From positions 1 to 40,037 of the forward strand of contig DATLHW010000085.1 in the NCBI GenBank assembly GCA_035539675.1: a stretch of 40,037 nt of DNA, read 5' to 3'. Both the position numbers and the translations under genes were made by a program. Below the pieces are notes generated by a model that saw only the letters and a list, made by a program, of their open reading frames with translations, was not told the origin of the DNA and made no database searches. Source of the DNA: Burkholderiales bacterium. Its GTDB lineage: Bacteria > Pseudomonadota > Gammaproteobacteria > Burkholderiales > DATLHW01. Positions 37,544 through 40,037 of this stretch are shown one piece after another; within the stretch, counting starts at the first letter, position 1; every line of letters starts with the position of its first letter.

Positions 37544-38929
37544 ATGCCCCATGCGCTGGTGGTTGACGATGATATCAATGCCCTATCCGGTCTGGCCGAA
37601 CTGGTCGCCCGTGAAGGTTTTACTGTTTCCACTGCCTCCACCCTTCAGGAAGCGCGCGAACGGATGGCTGAGCGTCGGTCGGACGTGGTGTTGCTGGACA
37701 TCCTCCTGCCGGATGGTAGCGGCATGGATTTGTTTCAGGATGTGGAATCCAGGGCGACTACCGAAGTTGTCCTCATTACCGGCCACGCGAGTATCGAGAG
37801 CTCCATCGAAGCGCTACGACTCGGCGCCGCCGACTATCTAATCAAGCCGGTCAACATCAAACAGCTGAGGGCTATTCTATCGCGTGTGGCGCGTCCCGCA
37901 GACCTTAAAGTTGAAATTGGCGTGCTGCGTGGAGAATTGCGCAGTCTGGGGCGATTTGGGCGATTGCTCGGCGCCTCGCCGGCCATGCAGAAGGTTTACG
38001 ATCAGATTGAGCGAGTAGCGCCGACCGCGGCGACTGTTTTCATCACTGGTGAAAGCGGCACTGGCAAGGAACTGGTGGCGCAGACCCTGCATGACCTTAG
38101 CCGCAGGCGAAAGGAAGTGTTTCTGCCGATCAACTGCGGCGCCATTTCGCCGCAGCTCATCGAAAGCGAAATGTTTGGGCATGAGAAGGGCAGCTTTACC
38201 GGCGCGCTGCGTGAACATAAAGGTTATTTCGAACGCGCCAGCGGTGGGACAGTGTTCTTGGACGAAATTACTGAAATGCCCATCGAATTGCAGGTAAAGA
38301 TGCTGCGCGTGCTGGAGTCCGGAACGTTCATGCGCGTCGGCTCGGACCGCGAAATCGAAGTCGACGTTCGCGTGATCGCCGCCACGAATCGTATCCCTGA
38401 AGAAGCCGTGACTGAAGGCAAGCTGCGGGAAGATCTTTTATATCGGTTGCAAGTGTTTCCGATGCGTTTGCCGCCGTTACGCGAACGTGGGGACGACGTC
38501 TCCCTGTTGGCCAGTCACTTTTTGGAAGGGATCAATCACGCCGAATCCGCCGTCAAGACTTTCGCACCGGCAGCGTTGGATAAATTGCAGGGATACGATT
38601 GGCCAGGCAACGTGCGGGAACTAAAAAACGTTGTTCACCGATCCTTCATCATGGCTGACGACATCATCGATGCGACCTGCCTGCCGCCTGAGTTAGGAAA
38701 GTCGAAGCAGGTGACGGGTCCCTGTTTCCAGGTTCGAGTCGGCAGTAAAGTTTCGGATGTGGAGAAGCGTCTCATCTTGGCGACCTTGGAGCAATGCGTC
38801 GGCGCCAAGGAGAAGGCGGCGGAAATGCTGGGCATCAGCTTGAAGACGCTTTACAACCGTTTGCGGGAGTATGAAACGCAGGAGAACGAAGGCGCAGCTT
38901 CCGATTCATTGGCGTCCGAGACACGGTAA
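37544..38929 (+). CDS. sigma-54-dependent response regulator (NtrC family enhancer-binding protein)
   Basis: It has a receiver domain (VVLLDILLPDGSG), an AAA+ domain (GESGTGKE, GSFTGA loop, VRVIAATN) and a C-terminal Fis-type HTH (AAEMLGISLKTLYNRL). No histidine kinase is adjacent. Confidence 0.93.
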   Translation: MPHALVVDDDINALSGLAELVAREGFTVSTASTLQEARERMAERRSDVVLLDILLPDGSGMDLFQDVESRATTEVVLITGHASIESSIEALRLGAADYLIKPVNIKQLRAILSRVARPADLKVEIGVLRGELRSLGRFGRLLGASPAMQKVYDQIERVAPTAATVFITGESGTGKELVAQTLHDLSRRRKEVFLPINCGAISPQLIESEMFGHEKGSFTGALREHKGYFERASGGTVFLDEITEMPIELQVKMLRVLESGTFMRVGSDREIEVDVRVIAATNRIPEEAVTEGKLREDLLYRLQVFPMRLPPLRERGDDVSLLASHFLEGINHAESAVKTFAPAALDKLQGYDWPGNVRELKNVVHRSFIMADDIIDATCLPPELGKSKQVTGPCFQVRVGSKVSDVEKRLILATLEQCVGAKEKAAEMLGISLKTLYNRLREYETQENEGAASDSLASETR

Positions 38930-38946
38930 CACCGCTTTACGAATAG

Positions 38947-38962
38947 CGGCATGGTTTATGCA
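38947..38962 (+). promoter_or_regulatory. candidate sigma-54 (-24/-12) promoter upstream of the CBS gene
   Basis: CGGCATGGTTTATGCA compared with the consensus TGGCACG-N4-TTGCW. The GG and GC have the correct 12-nt register. It lies about 75 nt upstream of ATG 39038. Confidence 0.5.
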
Positions 38963-39037
38963 CGTCCTTCTATCGAGGGCGGGGATTGGATCATCCTCGC
39001 CTTTTCAAGACATTTTTTGAACAGATAGGAGAACGCT

Positions 39038-39454
39038 ATGCAATTAAAAGAAATTATGACGAAGCCAGTTGAAACCGTTGCGCCCACCGCGTCGCTGGTG
39101 GACGCTGCGAGAAAAATGCTGGTTCAGGATATCGGCGCCTTGCCGGTATACGATGAGCAAAGAGTCGTCGGCATTATTACCGATCGCGACATCGCTATCC
39201 GCGCGATCGCCAATGGGCTTGATCCGGCAGACACGAAGGTGCAAGAAATAATGACCAACGAAGTATTTTCCTGCGATGCCGATAGCGATGTGGAGGACGC
39301 CTGTCAGCTCATGGAGGAAAAACAGATCCGGCGTCTCATAGTGACTGATGATCAGCAGGGGCCAATCGGTATTGTTTCCCTCGGCGACATGGCGCTTCAA
39401 CTACGTGAAGAACAGTCGGGCGAGGTGCTAAAAGAAGTCTCGCAGCCCGAGTAA
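39038..39454 (+). CDS. CBS-pair domain protein
   Basis: A 138-aa ORF with two CBS repeats (IMTKPVETV...LPVYDEQRVVGIITDRDI; IMTNEVFSC...RRLIVTDDQQGPIGIVSLGD). Confidence 0.88.
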   Translation: MQLKEIMTKPVETVAPTASLVDAARKMLVQDIGALPVYDEQRVVGIITDRDIAIRAIANGLDPADTKVQEIMTNEVFSCDADSDVEDACQLMEEKQIRRLIVTDDQQGPIGIVSLGDMALQLREEQSGEVLKEVSQPE

Positions 39455-39460
39455 TCGTGA

Positions 39461-39489
39461 GTAGGCCACGGAATATTTCCGTGGCCTAC
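39461..39489 (+). terminator. 13-bp perfect hairpin after the CBS gene
   Basis: GTAGGCCACGGAA, TAT, TTCCGTGGCCTAC, 6 nt after the stop codon. No T-run follows, so terminator activity is inferred. Confidence 0.55.
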
Positions 39490-39680
39490 CATATCCCTTC
39501 CTTCAAATCTTGCTCATCTACCGCTGTCTTCAACGCGTGGCGCCTTACGCGGTAAATACTTCCTGCATCTTTTGTAAAAAGTACGTTGAATCCAATGACG
39601 TGACAACGCACGCTTAAGTCATTAGCTAACGTTGAGAGTGGTTTCTTTCTCTGTATTCCTCCCATTTCGAAAATTTGTTG

Positions 39681-39696
39681 TGGCTCACTTGTTGCT
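39681..39696 (+). promoter_or_regulatory. candidate sigma-54 (-24/-12) promoter upstream of the hemerythrin-like gene
   Basis: TGGCTCACTTGTTGCT matches TGGC.C.-N4-TTGCT with exact GG/GC spacing. It lies about 70 nt upstream of ATG 39768. Confidence 0.6.
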
Positions 39697-39767
39697 TTTG
39701 CTCATACAGCAGGTAGAGAGCCATGGGCTCCTGAATATTCATCTATCTAAGCAGAGGAGAATTTGTC

Positions 39768-40037
39768 ATGCAAAGGACTAGCCAACGCACCACTCAGAAA
39801 AGCAGTCAAAAGACCGCCAAGAAGCCAACGGCGAAAACCGCTCGCACCCGAAAGCCGGCTGCGCCAGATGCGATCGGGCTGTTGATGGACGATCACAAAA
39901 AAGTGCAAAAGATATTTAAGGATTTCGAGAAGGTTAAGATCAAAGGGGATTCGCAGAGGAAAGCCGAGTTGGTTCGGGCGGCGTGTCATGAGTTGACCCT
40001 CCACACGCAACTGGAGGAGGAATTAGTCTATCCCGTG
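39768..40037 (+). CDS. hemerythrin-like (HHE cation-binding) domain protein, 3'-truncated by the window end
   Basis: The ATG is preceded by GAGGAGA. A basic N-terminal tail is followed by DAIGLLMDDHKKVQKIFKDFEK and HELTLHTQLEEELVYP, typical of hemerythrin-like domains. The ORF is open to the window edge and is not in the ORF track. Confidence 0.7.
   Translation, partial: MQRTSQRTTQKSSQKTAKKPTAKTARTRKPAAPDAIGLLMDDHKKVQKIFKDFEKVKIKGDSQRKAELVRAACHELTLHTQLEEELVYPV

Noticed and set aside
37222-37641. A 139-aa minus-strand ORF spanning the NYN/activator divergent region.
   Set aside because: It overlaps the 5' end of the sigma-54 activator gene, the Family C palindrome and the CACTAG palindromes, and its composition is not protein-like.

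Overview
This window is mostly core housekeeping chromosome from a Gram-negative proteobacterium. The central block rne <> rluC-Rieske-sppA, MTase-maf <> yceD-rpmF-plsX-fabH-fabD-fabG-acpP-fabF-mltG-tmk-holB-pilZ-tatD is the classic conserved RNase E / fatty-acid-synthesis neighbourhood. The layout looks betaproteobacterial, but I cannot verify the taxon without a search.

The left flank holds tRNA-Asn, an AspC/TyrB-type aminotransferase, uvrB and a secreted beta-helix protein. It continues with tonB-exbB-exbD-exbD preceded by a NarL-type two-component pair, a host-attachment-family protein, cspA, an LMW phosphatase and a DsbA-like isomerase. The right flank holds an srkA-like kinase, a GGDEF cyclase, AsmA, a NYN+LOTUS protein, a sigma-54 enhancer-binding response regulator, a CBS protein and a hemerythrin-like ORF cut by the window end.

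I see no CRISPR, prophage, integrase, transposase, toxin-antitoxin pair or recognisable defence island, and I cannot honestly name a convincing new multi-gene system.

Four things are not explained by the ORF track:
- There are four families of long-hairpin intergenic repeats (8 copies). Two families are flanked by 3-bp T(T/A)A direct repeats. Three neighbouring stop codons are those flanking triplets, and a fourth gene reads into an element.
- Two good sigma-54 promoter matches lie right after the orphan sigma-54 activator, ahead of the CBS and hemerythrin genes.
- Operator-like CACTAG palindromes lie upstream of the NYN-LOTUS gene.
- rpmF (59 aa) is missed by the 60-aa ORF cutoff.

Several ORF-track starts are over-extended and are corrected in the feature list.
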